Shown here: in pieces, positions 16,301 to 29,449 of the stretch | Numbering within the stretch: the stretch's first letter is position 1 | How the letters are laid out: each line of letters opens with the position of its first letter | Source: the human T2T-CHM13v2.0 reference genome, Homo sapiens | Strand: one strand, 5' to 3' | DNA length: 64,000 nucleotides | Assembly (NCBI RefSeq): GCF_009914755.1 | Contig: NC_060936.1 | Made by a program: the position numbers and the translations under genes | Notes under the pieces: generated by a model | The model's database searches: none | What the model saw: the letters and a program-made list of their open reading frames with translations, nothing else | Told to the model about the DNA's origin: nothing

Positions 16301-18379
16301 TAGTGCCATAGGTTCTTTGTTTATTTTATTTCACCTGTTTTGCTCAGCTTCTAGTAATTTTAAGTTTGGGAGAATAAGAGTATCTAATTCTTGCTCATGT
16401 TTAAAAAAGAGTGGTCACTTTATTTCTAGGTTATTGTCAAGAGGGCTTCCTAAGATGTTGAATTTTTGTCTCACTTTGAACCTTGATGTAAACTATGGGT
16501 AAATGCCCTCAAGACAAAAGATACTTTATTTCTTTGATTTAATACTTATCTCTCTAGGTAAGTTTATCCTCTTGTTTTGGCCTAGACTCTTTCTATCATC
16601 AGTTTAACTATGCAATGCTGTTTAGAACTGTTTTTAATATTTTATCTAGAATTTTTCTTTTTTTTTTTTTTGGCAGTTTGATTCAAATAATCCTGTCAAT
16701 TATCACTGGAAAAAAAAACAAAGTCCAGAGAAAAACCTTATATGTAAATTTTAGTAGGTATATGGTAACCATGGGAAAAATTAGAAAAAAAATTATACAA
16801 TTTATGATATAAACTATAAAAGGAGTTCAATATATTCTTCATTTATCAAAATGAAATAATGAGAAAATTTTCCATAGGTTACTAATAAGCCCAAGGAGAT
16901 TACAAAATTAAAAACTCAAGAAAAACAAAATAAGTGTTGGAAAGTTGTGGAGTACAATAAAATTGCTACTTGTTTACTTACAAGAAAAAAATTATTAAAA
17001 ATAAGGCCAGCTTTGAGTTCCCCTGAACGTGCCTAAACATGTTAGAAAGAAGTACCCAGATCTAGTCTCAACTTTCCTCAGAATTTCTTTTCGTTGGAAA
17101 AAACTAAGAGAAAATTTCCCAGTGAGAACTTTGTATTGATCTTTGGCAAGTACACTAGGTAAAATCCATATGGAGCAAGAAATAGGTGAGCTTTGTAAAA
17201 ATATGTAAGGCAAAATATGGAATATTATCCATACTAATACCAAACATATAAATAATTAAAATATTTACTAATCAAGATACTAACACCAAGCATATAAATA
17301 ATTGAAATATATTTATCACATAAATATTAACATTATTTTCAACAAATAGGGAAAGGGAACCTGACAAATCCATGGTCCTCAAGGCAATTTAATTTGGATG
17401 TTCCATGATGTGTGAGGAAGGGAGTGGTAGTAAAAGAGCCTGGGCAATTAGGTGAAGGCAGATACAATTAGAAGGTCATTTAGAAAGTTTAGTTTTGGTA
17501 GTTAGAGGTCTGTCTGAGACTGAAGGAATGAAAGCTAGTTAAATGTCATTGTTCCAGAGAGTTAAGGAGAGCTGCACAGGAATGAAGCTGAAAGAACGTG
17601 TTTCTTCACAAAGCAGATAAAATCAAGTTTAGTTTCCTCAAAAACCTACAGAGGAGAAAGAGAAAATAGACAATCAACTCCCATGGCTGAAATTATCTAG
17701 AGATACCACTCTGTTCTTAAAGCACCTGTGAATCTTCCTCTTTTGGCTTAAGCAGAGTTACTTGGAGAAGAGGCTATATCGATCATTGGTCCCCAAGACG
17801 AATGAAGACAAATTCAACAGCAGTGTAAAACTAGAAGAGAATACTATGATTACTTAAGAACAACAGAAAAAAAATGGACCACTTTTGTTAGTTAAGATAA
17901 ACCTAAGTTGAAGAGTTAAGGAATAGTTTACGGAATCACCAAGCTGAAAAAAGGACAGGATTGTGCTAAACCTCAGGAACACATGGACTAGAGGTGCAAA
18001 CTCTATTAAGACCCACATTCTCTAGACTTTGCTTTTTCTCTGCATGATGGTTACCTTTTCCATTCTAGACATGGCTAAAAAACCAGGCCTTTAAAGTCCT
18101 CCAATCTTTACATCTTACAACTTTGATATCTGGGAAAAGGATTGTCTCACCTCATTCGGCCCCACTCTTAAAATCCAGGGAAAGGAACTGGCATGTGGGA
18201 GCATAGAAAAACATTTTCTATATGGATAAAGAAATTGTATTTAAGAACAATGTGGGAGAAGTGGGTGCAGTGACAGACATACAGGCCTGTAAATATTTAC
18301 CACACAAAAATCCCTCATAATTAGCGTGCTAACTCATGAGGTTGGGTTTGTAATACTCTAACTAAAGGTCAAACAATAA

Positions 18380-18585
18380 ACAACTGATATTATTTAACAG
18401 CTTACTATGTGCCACATTTTCTGAGAGTTTCAGATTTTTCATCTCATTTACTCTTAATAGAAATCCTAGGCAATAGAAACGATTCGTATCACACTTTGAA
18501 AATGAAAACAAACAAAGACACTGAGAGGTTAAATAACTTGTCAAAGGTCACATAACTGTGAGGCTAACATTTTAACTCAGGTAGT
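18380..18585. mobile_element. MIR SINE
   Basis: MIR core (cactgagaggttaaataacttgtcaaaggtcaca). Confidence 0.75.
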
Positions 18586-19544
18586 AAAATGTGTGAATTA
18601 AAAGGAAAGATACAAGCATTTTGTCAGTCTAAGAAGGATATTTTTGTCAGATGATTCTCTGCAATGTTTGACCATAGGTACAAAACTATTGGATAATCTT
18701 ATGCAGGTATTAAACAATTGAAATGAGGAAATTTTCGAAACCTTTCTGCTATTTAGCTCTGGGTTTTTGAAACACTGAAACATAAGACTAGAATTAGAGT
18801 AAAACTAACACATTTTTAAAGTAACAGATATAAGTTTAATAGATGTAATTTACTAAGTAAAAGAGTCAAAATTCCATTATCACAAAAATGAACAATGATT
18901 TCCTGAAGTAAAAGCTGATGAGAGGCACTCATTTGATGTCCAGCACTTTGCCCGTTGTTCCTCCCATTGTAAACGCAGGCATACACAATTATGAAGGAAA
19001 TAAGCTGAGACATTTACAAGTACAGGAAATTTGCATCCACCATATATATTAAGGAAATAAACTATTAAAAACCTATAATCTAAAGGAATTTCAGACAAAT
19101 GCACTACATTTGTCTGGATTAAAGAGGAACATCCATGATAGGTACAAAAATCATCTCCCTCTTTTCAAAAATTCAAATATACTTAAGCCTCACTAATTCC
19201 TTGGGTGTGAAAAGTTGGTGAACTATGGAGAGGTGTGTCAGAAATAGATAGTATATGCCAATACCTTCTTGGTAAGAATGAAGGCAGAAAAAATTAAAGG
19301 TAAAGTATTATAAATAATCAAATAAATGAAGATATCTACTAAAGCATTCAAAGTACACAATTACAAAATCAGTCTTGTGGTGTGAATGATGAAGAAAAAA
19401 TTCATGACAGAAGAAATCTGAATGGAAGGATGAATTAGCATTTGGATATGTATACTTTATCATTTTAATAAGCTAAATAAATAATCCGTATCTGATTATT
19501 TTTATATATACCAAAAGTTGTTTCATAAAATGTATTCTTCCCGT

Positions 19545-19835
19545 AATGTGGAGAGGGGAATAGAGAGGGGTTAGTTAATGAGTACAAAATTATGGTTAGA
19601 AGAAATAAGATATAGTGTTAAATAGCACAACAGGGCAACTAGAGTTAACAATATTGTGTATTTCAAAATAATTAAAAGAGTTAAACTGAAATGCTGCTAA
19701 TACAAAGATATGACAAATGTTTAAGATGATCAGTATCCCAATTACCTTATCATTACGCATTGTATGCTTGTATCAAAATGTCACATATGACCCATAAATA
19801 TGAAAAATGTTATTTATTAAATATAAAATAAATTA
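19545..19835 (+). mobile_element. L1MA 3' end fragment
   Basis: gttaatgagtacaaaa...atagcacaacagggcaactagagttaac...catatgacccataaatat. Confidence 0.75.
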
Positions 19836-22155
19836 TTCCCAAGAAAAATGTTTATAAGGTAAGGTAGATACAAAAAGTTATTAATTATACACATACACAC
19901 AAACACATGCACACAGGTACTGAATATGTACACTGGGCAGTTTCAAGGCAAGATGTGGGATCTTATTTTCTGTTAATTAGCTCTTAGTAGAAGTTTATAC
20001 ATTACAAAATAAGCAATAAATAAGCAAAAACGTAGTATGTATGGAAAAATTATAAATTGAATTAAAATGTCATCAATATTGAAGATTTAGAAATTAAGAA
20101 ATTAAGCAAGCCTTGGAAAATTGTCTACTAAATACTTTAGACAGAAACATTGGAAAAGTTTACACTTATCATTAGAAGAAAGCAAAATAACCTGGCCTCT
20201 ATCAAATAGGATTGGGAACACAGTAAAATATAACAGAATGAGCTGAAAACAAACACAAAATTTAGGTCAGGAATATTAAAAACATTTATTGGGTTTTTAA
20301 ATTTTTTATATATAAAGGTGCATAATAGTTGTTTATACTTATGGGATCCATGTGGTATTTAGAGACAAGCATAAAAGGTATAATGGTCAAGTCAGAGTAA
20401 TTGAGATAGCCATCACCTTACATTTTTGGAATTTATTTGTGTGAGAAACATTCTAAATTCACTCCTCTAGCTATTTTGAAATGTACAATTGATTAGTTTC
20501 AATTTTTCATCTACCTACTCATCTATCTCGCTATACACTAATTGTGTATTTTTGTACCCATTAATCAAACCCTCTTTATCCCTTCCTCCCCATTATCCTT
20601 CTGTGCTTCTGTTAACCACCATTCTACCATGTACTATCATGAGATCAATTCTTTATCTACCACACATGAATGAGAACATATGATACTTGTTTTTCTATGC
20701 TTGGCTTACTTTATTTAAGGTAATGTCTCCCAGTTCCATTCATGTTGTTGCAAATGATATAATTTCATTCTAATAAAATCATGAATATTCTATTGTTTAT
20801 ATGTACCATATTTTCTTTATTCAGTCATCATTGATGGACACATACTTTTATTTCATATCTTAGCTATTATGAATATTGCTGTAATAAACATGGGAATACA
20901 GATGTCTCATCAATATACTGATTTAGTACCTTTCGGAAATATACCCAGCAGTGAGATTGCTGAATCATATGTTACTTCTATTTTTAGTTTTTTGCACAAC
21001 ATCTATTCTGTTCTTCATAGTAGCTGTACTAATATACGTTCCTACCAAGAGTGTACAAGGCTTCCCTTTTCTCTGCATCCTCACCAGCATCAGTTTTTTT
21101 GTGTGTCTTTATAATAAAAGCCATTTTAGCTATGGGGAAATGATTTATCATTGTGATTTTAATTTGCATTTCTCTGATTATTAGTGATGAGCAATTTTTT
21201 AAAAATATACCTGTTGGTCATTTGTATGTCTTCTTTTGAGAATTGCCTATTAAAATGTTTTATCCATTTTTTAAATCAGAATATTTTTTGCTATTGAGTT
21301 GTATGAGTTTTCCATGCAGAAGCTTTTTAGCTTTATGTGATCCCATTCATCTATTTTTGCTTTGATTGACTATGCTTAGTCAAGGAATCTTTGTCCATGC
21401 TAAGATCCTGAAGCCTTTTCCCAATGTTTGCTTCTAGGAATTTTATAGTTTCTTGTGTCACATTTCAGTTTTAAATTCATTTTGATTTGATTTTTTAATA
21501 TGGTGAGAGATGGTGGTCTACTTTCATTCTTCTGAATATAAACATCTTGTTTTACCAAAACCATTTGTTGAATAGAGTGTCCTTACCCTCGTTGTATGTT
21601 CTTGGCACCTTTGTTGAAAATGATGTAACTGTGAATATATGGATTTATTTCGGATTCTCTCTTCAATTCTATTGTTCTGTGTGTCTGTTTTTGGGCCAGT
21701 AACAACAGCTTTAGTTACTATAGCTTTGCATTATAATATAAAGTCATGTAATATCAAGATTCCAGGTTCATTATTTTGCTCAGGATGGCTTTGGTTATTC
21801 TGGATCTTTTCGGTTTCATATAAATTTTAGGAATTTTGTTATATTTCTGTGTAGAACACCTTTGGTACATCAGCAGCAATTACATTGAACATGTATATTG
21901 TTTTGGGTAGTATAGACATTTTTAAAATAATGATTCTTCCACTTCATGAACATGAGATATATTTTCATTTTTTATGTCCTCTTCAATTTATATCATCTAT
22001 GTTTTATGAGTTTTTTTTGTAGAGATCTTTAACTTCTGTAGTTAAGGTTATTCCTACATATTCTTAGTAGGTATTGTAAATGGAATTACATAAAAGCTAA
22101 AAGATTTCTTTTTCAGATTGTTTGCTCTTGGCATATAGAAATGCTACTGATTTTT

Positions 22156-24404
22156 CCTCTCTTCCTATTTGAATACCCTTTATTTCTTTCTCTTGCCTGA
22201 TTTCTCCAGCCAGAACTTCCAATAGTATGTTGAATAGGAGTGGGGAGAGAGGGCACCCTTGTCTTGTGCCAGTTTTCAAAGGGAATGCTTCCAGCTTTTG
22301 CCCTTTCAGTATGATATTGCCTATGGGTTTGTCATAAACAGCTCCTACTATTTTGAGATATGTTCCATCAATACAAGTTTATTGAGAGTTTTTAGCATGA
22401 AGAGGTGTTTAATTTTATCATAGGGTTTTTCTGCATCTATTGAGATAATCATGTGGTTTTTGTCGTTGGTTCTGTTTATATGACGGATTATGTTTATTGA
22501 TTTGCATATGTTGAACCAGCCTTGCATCCCAGAGATGAAGCCGACTTGATCATGTTGGATAAGCTTTTTGATGTGCTCCTGGATTCGGTTTGCTAGTATT
22601 TTATTGAGGATTTTTGCATCGATGTTCATCAGCAACATTAGCCAGAAATTTTCTTTTTTTGATGTGTCTCTGCCAGGTTTTGGAATCAGGATGATGCTGG
22701 CCTCATAAAACAAGTTAGAGAGGAGTTACTCTTTTTCTGTTGTTTGGAATAGTTTCAGAAGGAATGGTACCAGCTCTTCTTTGTACGGATTCAGTTGTGA
22801 ATTTGTCTGGTCCTGGGCTTTTTGGTTCATAGGCTATTAATTACTGCCTCAATTTCAGAACTTGTTATTGGTCTATTCAGGGATTTGACTTCTTCTTCTT
22901 CCTGATTTAGTCTTGGGGGGTGTATGTGTCCAGAAATGTATCCATTTCTTCTAGATTTTCTAGTTTATTTGCGTAGAGGTGTTTATAGTATTCTCTGATG
23001 GTGGTTTGTATTTCTGTGGGATCGGTGGTGATATACCCTTTATCTTTTTTTTTATTGTATCTATTTGATTCTTCTTTCTTTTCTTCTTTATTAGTCTGGC
23101 TAGCAGTGTATCTATTTTGTTAATCTTTTAAAAAACCGAGCTCCTGGATTCACTGATTTTTTTTGAAGGGTTATTCGTGTCTCCATCTCTTTCAGTTCTG
23201 CTCTGATCTTAGCAGAACTGTCTAAATAAGAACTTATTTCTTGTCTTCTGCTAGCTTTTGAATTTCTTTGCTTTTGCTTCTCTAGTTCTTTTAATTGTAA
23301 TGTTAGGGTGTTGATTTTAGAACTTTCCTGCTTTCTGATGTGGGCATTTGGTGCTATAAATTTCCCTCTAGACGATGCTTAACTGTGTACCAGAGATTCT
23401 GGTAAGTTGTCACTTCATTCTCATTGGTTTCGAAGAATTTTGTTATTTCTGCCTTAATTTTGCTGTTTACCAAGTAGTCACTCAGGAGCAGACTGCTCAG
23501 TTTCCATGTAGATGTGAGGTTTTGAGTGAGTTTCTTAATCCTGAGTTCTGATTTGATTGCAATGTGGTCTGAGAGGCTGTTTGTTACGATCTCTGTTCTT
23601 TTGCATTTGCTGAGGAGTGTTTTACTTCCAATTATGTGGTCGATTTTAGGATAAATGCAATGTGGTGCTGAGAAGAATGTATATTCTGTTGATTTGAGGT
23701 GGAAAGTTCTATAGATAGCTATTAGATACACCTGGTCCACAGCTGAGTTTAAGTCCTGTTTGCAGACAACATGATTGTGTATTTAGAAAACCTCATCATC
23801 TCAGCACAAAAACTCCTTAAGCTGATAAACAACTTCAGCAAAGTCTCAGGATACACAATCAATGTGCAAAAATCACAAGCATTTCTATACAACAATAATA
23901 GACAATCATTCTACTATAAAGACACATGCACACGTATGTTTGTTGCAGCACTATTTACAATAGCAAAGACTTGGAACCAAACCAAATGCTCCTTAATGAC
24001 AGACAGACAGAAAGAAAATGTGGCACATATACACCATGGAATACTGTGCAGTCATTAAAAAGAATGAGTTCATGTAGTTTACAGGAACATGGATGAAGCT
24101 GGAAGCCATCATCCTCAGCAAACTAACACAGGAGCAGAAAACCAAACGCTGCCTGTTCACACTCATAAGCGGGAGCTGAACAATGAGAACACAGGGAGGG
24201 GAACATTACACACTGGGGCCTGTCAAGGGGTTGGGAAAAGGTTAGGGAGAGCATTAGAACAAACACCTAATGCATGTGGAGCTTAAAACCTAGATAATGG
24301 GTTGATAGGTGAAGCAAACCACCACGGCACATGTATACCTATGTAACAAACCTGCACATTCAGCACATGTATCCCAGAACTTCAAGTAAAATTTAAAAAA
24401 AGAA
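22156..24404 (+). mobile_element. L1PA7-like element with 5' inversion and internal deletion
   Basis: 19-bp TSD AGAAATGCTACTGATTTTT (22137-22155, 24405-24423); antisense ORF2 at 22156-23757; sense part ~23755-24404 with 3'UTR and A-tail. Confidence 0.92.
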
Positions 24405-25096
24405 AGAAATGCTACTGATTTTTATATGTTTATTTTCTATCCCCGACCTTACTGAATTTGTTTATCAGTTCTAATAATTTTTGAAATAATCGTTTTTTCT
24501 AGTTATAACATCATATCATCCACAAACAAGGATAATTTGACTCCTCTCCTTCCAATTCTGATATTGTTTATTTCTTTCTCTTGTCTAATTGCTCTGGCTA
24601 GTACTTCTAGCACTATGTTGAATAAAGTGGTGAAAGTGAGCATCCTTGTCCTCTTCCTGATCTAAGAGAAAAGGCTTTCAGTTTTTCCTTGTTCAGAATA
24701 ATACTAGCTTGGGTTTCTTTCGTATGACCTCTATTGTGTTAAGGTATGTTCCTTTTATTCCCAGTTTGTTGATAGTTTTTATAATGAAGAAACCAAATTT
24801 TACTAATTTTTTATGTTTATTAAAATTATCATATGGTTTTTGTCCATTGTGCTGAAGTGATGTATCACACTTATTGATTTGTGTATTTTGAACCATCCTT
24901 GCATCCCAGGGATAAATCTTACTTGGTTATGATAAATGATCTTTTAAATATTTCATTGAATTTAGTTTGCCAGTCTGCTAGGCTTTTTAAAATAATTTTT
25001 GAAACAATATTCATCAGAGATTTTACCCTGTTGTTTTTGTTATTGTTGTTGTTGTCTTTGTCTGGTTTTGGTATTAGGGTAATGCTGGCATCCTAG

Positions 25097-25405
<309 letters not shown>

Positions 25406-25507
25406 CCTAGAATGAGTTTTTAATTCTCTCCTCTTCAATTTATTGCAATAATTTGATTAAGATTGGTATTAATTTTTCCTTAAATGTTTGGTAGAATTCA
25501 GTGATGA

Positions 25508-25859
<352 letters not shown>

Positions 25860-26430
25860 TGTTGTATTACTTATAAATGTTTCTCTTACTTCCTCTGATT
25901 TTATTTGCATTTTTTCTCTTTTTTTCTTAGTCTGGCTAAAATTTATCAATTGTATCTTTTCACTATTGATTTTGTTTATCTTCCCTATGTTTTTGTCTCA
26001 GTTTTGCTTAGTTCCCTTTTGTGTTTATTATTTATTTCCTTCTACTAACTATGGGTATAGTTTTCTCTTGCTTTTCTGGTTCTTTAAAATGAATCATAAA
26101 GTTGTTTATTTGAAATTTTTCTACTATTTTGATCTAGGCATTTATTGCTATGAATTTCCCTTTTAGTATTACTTCTGATGTATCCTAGAAGTCTTGGTAT
26201 GTTGTATTTCTCTTTTTGTTTGTTTCAAATAAACTTTAAAAATTTCTCAATTTCTTTATTGATCCAATGGTCATTTAGGAGCATGTTTTTTAATAGCCAT
26301 GTATTTTTACAGTTTCTAAAGTAGACTTTCTTGTTGATTAATAGTTTCATCTCATTTTGGTTGGAAAAGATGCTTGATATAATTTCCATTAAAAAATTTG
26401 ACCTGTTTGTAGCATAGCATATAGTTTATC

Positions 26431-26472
26431 CATATATATATATGTCTGTGTGTGTGTGTGTGTGTGTGTGTG
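26431..26472. repeat. (TA)n-(TG)n microsatellite
   Basis: Seen directly. Confidence 0.9.
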
Positions 26473-27183
26473 ATGTCTTCTGGTAGTAGGCTTTAATTTT
26501 TTGCTTTTTATTTTCCGTGTATCTCTTATAGGTTTTTCCTTGTGGTTACCATGAGGCTTCCAAAAAACATTTTATAACCAATTATTTAAACTAATTACAA
26601 CTTTTAAATTCCCTTCTTTGTCCTTGACCTTTGAGAGTTTGATTATTATATGCCTTGAGGTAGGCTTATTTGGGTAAAATCTGTTTGGTATTCTTTGACC
26701 GTATTGTACCTGGATATTCATATGTTTCTCTGGGTTTGGAAAGTTATCTGTCATTATTTCTTTGAATAAACTTTCTACAAATCACAAATAAGAATAAAAA
26801 ACCAAAACTAAAACTACAAAACTTGACACTTTTACTCCAACCCCTCCATCCCCTAATTACTTGCTGTTTTCTGTATATCTTTCACTACAGGCCCACAGTC
26901 TCTGAGACCAGTGCTGTGTCAATGCTTGCCAAAGGACAGAAGTAATTATGGCCTGACTGGCACTCAAATTTATTTGGGGCCCCAGGCCACCATAGTCCGC
27001 TGGTGATGAAGTGTGCTGGGACTAGGCTTCTTCATACTGGACAGAGGATTCCCCTCTAGACTAGTGCTAGTCTAAATGCTCCTTCTATGAGCACTGACAG
27101 AATTCTGACCAGTGTCTTATTTCATTTTGACAGGGCAGTAGTGAATTCTATTGCAAAGTTCCACACACTTTTCTCTCCCTTCC

Positions 27184-29449
27184 TGTATTAGTTCGTTTTC
27201 ATGCAACAGATAAAGACATACCCAAGACTGGGAAGAAAAAGAGGTTTAATTGGACTTACAGTTCCACGTGGCTGGGAAGGCCTTAAATCATGGTGGGAGG
27301 CAAAAGGCATTTCTTACATGGCAGTGGCAAGAGAAAATGAGGAAGAAGCAAAAGTGGAAACTCTTGACCAACCCATCAGATCTTGTGAGACTTATTCACT
27401 ATCATGACAATGGCACAGGAAAGATTCAATTACCTCCCCTTGGGTCCCTCCCACAAAACGTGGGGATCCTGGGAGATAGATAGAATTCAAGTTGAGATTT
27501 GGGTGGGGACACAGCCAAACCATATCATTCCAACTCTGGCCCCTCTAAATCTCATGTCCTCACATTTCAAAACAATTGTGCCTTCCCAACAGTCCCCCAA
27601 AGTCTTAATTCATTTCAGCATTAGCCCAAAAGTCCATAGTCTAAAGACTCATCTGAGACAAGGCAAATCCCTTCCACCAATCAGCCTGTAAAATCAAAAG
27701 CAAGCTAGTTACTTCCTAGATACAATGGAGGTACAGGCATTGGGTAAATACACCTGTTTTAAATGGGAGAAATTGGCCAAAACAAAGAGTTACAGCACCC
27801 ATGCAAGTCTGAAATACAGCAGGGCAGTCAAATTTTAAAGCTCCAAAATTATGTCCTTTGACTCCAGATCTCACGTCCAGGTCACACTGATGCAAAAGGT
27901 AGATTCCCATAGTCTTGGGCAGTAACACCCCTGTGGCTTTGCAAGGTACAGCCTCCTTCTCTACTGCTTTCACAGTCTGGCGTTGAGTGTCTGTGGCTTT
28001 TCCAGACACACGGTGCAAGCTGTCAGTGGGCCTACCATTCTGGAGTCTGGAGGACAGCTCCACTAGGCAGTGCCCCAGTAGGGAATCTGTGTTGGGACTC
28101 CAACCCCACATTTTCCTTCCACACTGCCTTAGCAGAAATTCTCCATGAGGGACCCACCCCTGCTGCAAACTTCTACCTGGGCATCCAGGCATTTCCATGT
28201 GTCTTCTGAAATCTAGGCAGAGGCTCCCAAACCTCAATTCTTGACTTCTGTGCACCCGCAGACTCAAGACCACATGGTAGCTGCCAAAGTTTGGGGCTTG
28301 CACCCTCTGAAGCCACAGACTGAGCTGTACATTAGCCCCTTTCAGCCACAGATGGAGCAGCTGGGACACAGGACACCAAGTCCCTATGGTGCACGCAGGA
28401 TGGGGACCCTGGACCCGGCCCATGAAACAACTTTTTTCTCCCGGGCCTCCAGGCCTGTAATGGGAGGGGCTGTCGTGAAGGTCTCTGACATGGCCTGGAG
28501 ACGTTTTCCTCATGGTCGTGGGTATTAACGTTAGGCTTCTTGCTATTTATGCTAATTTCTGCAGCCAGCTTGAATTTCTCCCCCGAAAATTGGTTTTCTC
28601 AAATCTCTACTAAAAATTTTGCATAGTCAGGCTGCAAATTTTCCAAACCTTTTTGCTCTGCTTCTTTTATAAAACTGAATGCCTTTAACAGCACCCAAGT
28701 CATCTCAAGTCATCTCTTGAATGCTTTGCTGCTTGGAAATTTTTTCCAACAAATACCGTAAATCATCTCTCTCAAGATCAAATTCCACAAATATCTAGGG
28801 CAGGGGCAAAATGCTGCCATTCTCTTTGCTAAAACATAACAAGAGTCACCTTTGCTCCAGTTCCCAACAAGTTCCCCATCTCTATCTGAGACCACTTCAG
28901 CCTGGACCTTATTGTCCATATCACTATCAGCATTTTGGGAAAAGACTCTAGGAAGTTCCAAACTTTCCCACATTTTCCTGTCTTCTTCTGAGCCCTTCAA
29001 ACTCTTCCAATCTCTGCCCGTTACCAGTTCCAAAGTCACTTTGACATTTTCAAGGATCGTTTCAGCAATGCCCCAATCTACTGGTACCAATTTACTGTAT
29101 TAGTCCGTTTTCACACAGCTGATAAAGACGTACCCGAGACTGAGAAGAAAAAGAGGTTTAATGGGATTTACAATTCCATATGGCTGGGGAGGCCTCAGAA
29201 TCATGAAGGGAGGCAAAAAGCACTTCCCACATGGTGGTGGCAAGAGAAAATGAGGAAAAAATATAAGCAGAAATCCCTGATAAACCCATCAGATCTCATG
29301 ACACTTATTCACTATCAGGAAAATAGCACGGGAAAGACTGGCCCCCATGACTCAATTACCTCACCCTGGGTCCCTCTCACAACATGTGGGAATTCTGGGA
29401 GATACAATTCAAGTAGAGATTTGGGTGAGGACACAGTTAAACCGTATCA
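27184..29449 (-). mobile_element. Full-length THE1A MaLR (LTR 27184-27527, internal 27528-29095, LTR 29096-29449)
   Basis: Two LTRs (tgtattag...tatca); 5-bp TSD CTTCC; MaLR internal ORF remnant at 28710-29090 (…SEEDRKMWESLELP). Confidence 0.92.

Noticed and set aside
27716-28513. 265-aa ORF
   Set aside because: It lies wholly within the THE1A internal region; no evidence of a host gene.
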